64,000 nucleotides of DNA from Schmidtea nova (lineage: Eukaryota): NCBI GenBank assembly GCA_044892505.1, contig CM097883.1, positions 278,070,001-278,134,000 on the forward strand, read 5' to 3'. Shown here in pieces: positions 62,101 to 64,000 of this stretch. Each line of letters starts with the position of its first letter. The first letter of the stretch is position 1. The notes under the pieces were generated by a model. It was given only the letters and a program-made list of their open reading frames with translations. It ran no database searches and had not been told where the DNA came from. The translations under genes were made by a program, and so were the position numbers.

Positions 62101-64000
62101 GATTAGGAAAATCGCACAAATGGATTTGTTTATATAACTAAATTAATATCCAGCTTATGTTGTATCAATTGAGGATCAGGAAACTGTGTAGCAGGTTTGT
62201 TTCGCGGTATTTAACGGCAGAGATAGACGAAAAGTTGCTTGTGAAAACAGCTTTTTCCTATAGGATCACATTGAATAATGCTTTCTGGCAAGTATTGTGA
62301 CAAAGGATGAGACACGTTTGAGCTTCTACATACCCGAATGTAAAGGAGAAAGTGGATATTACCGGGAGGAAGCCGCTAAAATTGATTCGTTCAGGTAGTT
62401 CATAACCTAAATGTGATGTCGAGGGTATTTTGTGATTTTAAAGGTGTTTTGAAGGTTGAGTTTACTAGCTGCAACAATAACCACTTTGATCACTTAAGCC
62501 AGAGACAGTCGACACAAGCCACAAAACGTGGACTCTATGGTAACACTCCAATCTAAACGTCTTATTAAACTCAGGAAGCAGTAGCAAAACGTGAATTTGT
62601 ACAGTTGGCCCATCCACCATCCACCTTAGAACTTGCACCCAGTAATCTTTGGTGGTTCAATAAAAATATTTGAAGGAAAATATTTAAACCAAAGCAAGAT
62701 TTTGTGGGATATGTGGAGAAATTTCTTGTGTAGAAGGAACAAGAATTCCTCGAAATGGCTTTCAAATCAATGGTGGACCGTTGGTGAAAGCGCATCAGTG
62801 TTAATGGAAGCTGTGTTAAGAAATGAATTCTACACATCAGTATTGTTGATGATAATGAATTAAGTTCCACTAACTTTATTATTTCTACGCATGACTAAGG
62901 ACTTTTAGTCTTGCTACTTATCTATTAATGCAATAATATACAATCATTTTACTTCGAAATGAATAAATTGTAACAATTATTATTTGGAAAAATCCTTATA
63001 ATTGATAAAAAATATTTAGAAACAATTGAAATAAAAATAAAATTTTTAATAATCTATAATAACTTGTCTAGCAGGCTGATTGGGTGGTCTTTGTTGACTA
63101 ATATTGCTAGCTTGAGATGTGATCGGCATTTGAACACCGGTGATTGGGCGACTATTTTGCGGAGCAGATTTCACCGTATTTGCCACACCATTCATCATGA
63201 CATTAGATGCCGAAACATTTGCATTATTACTCAACATAGGCCGTTGATTTGGTAAAATTGAGACCTGTCGAATTTGATTTGACTGCATTCCCATTGTGTT
63301 ATTCTGAATTGGCACCGATGAGCCTTCCATGTTACCGAAGTGAGCATTTGCCAATTGTCTCATATTGCCACTGTTAAACTGCAACTGGCTTGGGTGCATT
63401 CGATTAGACCAACGATTTTGTGGTGGCATAAATGCTGCACTTTGAGTATAAACGCGTGGCGTAGAAGCATTTGGTGCAAAAGCATACGGTAAAATAGATG
63501 GTCCACCAGGAGGTCCACCAGACAAAAGGGTGTTAACTGAGACTTGGCTGGGATAACTATTGCGATGAGGATTAACTCTTTGCATATATTGAGATGCAAG
63601 GTGGGCTTTGCGATCCTCTTTCCGTTGAGCAAGTGCAACATAAAGCGGTTTACTTCCACAGATTTTCCCATTCATCTCCGTAACGGCTTTTGTGGCTTCT
63701 TCGGGATTCGAAAAACAAACAAAACCAAATCCCTTTGATCGATTATTGGAATCAGTCATGACTTTTGCGCTAGTTATATTGCCAAACACTACAAATTCTT
63801 GTTTCAATCTCGTATCATCGATAGAATCATCGAGATTTTTAACGTAAAGATTTACGCCTTGAGTGTATCGAGAACTTCGCTCAGCTCGCTGTTTTTCAAA
63901 ATGCGAACGCAATTCATCTAATCTTTCATTTTTCTTTTGAGCTCGACCGACATATAGTTGACGATCTTTAAACATTTTCCCATTTAGAGCTTTCACAGCC
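59164..64000 (-). CDS. PABPC1: Cytoplasmic poly(A)-binding protein, 3' part; exons >64000-63064 and 59556-59164
   Basis: [66 protein letters not shown] (RRM3/4); MLLE domain [27 protein letters not shown]. An intervening small exon cannot be excluded. Confidence 0.96.
60200..60229 (+). mobile_element. Helitron-type 3' terminus
   Basis: CCGAGTGCAACCGGG hairpin-like segment followed by CTAG|T. Confidence 0.5.
61770..62560 (+). mobile_element. mariner remnant in the PABP intron
   Basis: Degenerate [12 protein letters not shown] and [18 protein letters not shown] (WVPHEL / IVTGDEKW region). Confidence 0.65.

Noticed and set aside
1-64000. tRNA or rRNA genes
   Set aside because: Only short tRNA-complementary PBS motifs were seen; no cloverleaf or rRNA-like sequence was recognised.

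Overview
AT-rich eukaryotic (probably invertebrate) genomic DNA with short GT-AG introns and four assembly gaps; the organism cannot be determined from the sequence. Host genes: a six-exon mitochondrial pyruvate dehydrogenase phosphatase (14847-31930, +), an eight-exon flotillin-1 (47824-54478, +) and the 3' part of a cytoplasmic poly(A)-binding protein gene (59164->64000, -). There are also damaged copies of RPS5, PIMT and APC2. Most of the rest is transposon-derived: Ty3/gypsy, hAT, Tc1/mariner/IS630-like, Merlin, piggyBac-type MITEs, Helitron, and Penelope-like elements with hammerhead ribozymes. Main candidate novelty: a Ty3/gypsy retrotransposon (<1-8202, -) whose single polyprotein reads Gag(CCHC) - ubiquitin-like - Bcl-2-like - internal signal peptide - class III (chuvirus/gB-type) envelope glycoprotein - TM - protease - RT - (one in-frame TAA) - RNase H - integrase. 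A second, divergent and decayed element (40324-~47550, -) with a different tRNA primer site has the same Gag-Ubl-Bcl-2-Env-PR-RT order. This suggests a lineage of enveloped retrotransposons carrying a Bcl-2-fold cargo. All domain calls come from motifs read by eye, not from HMM or structure searches.
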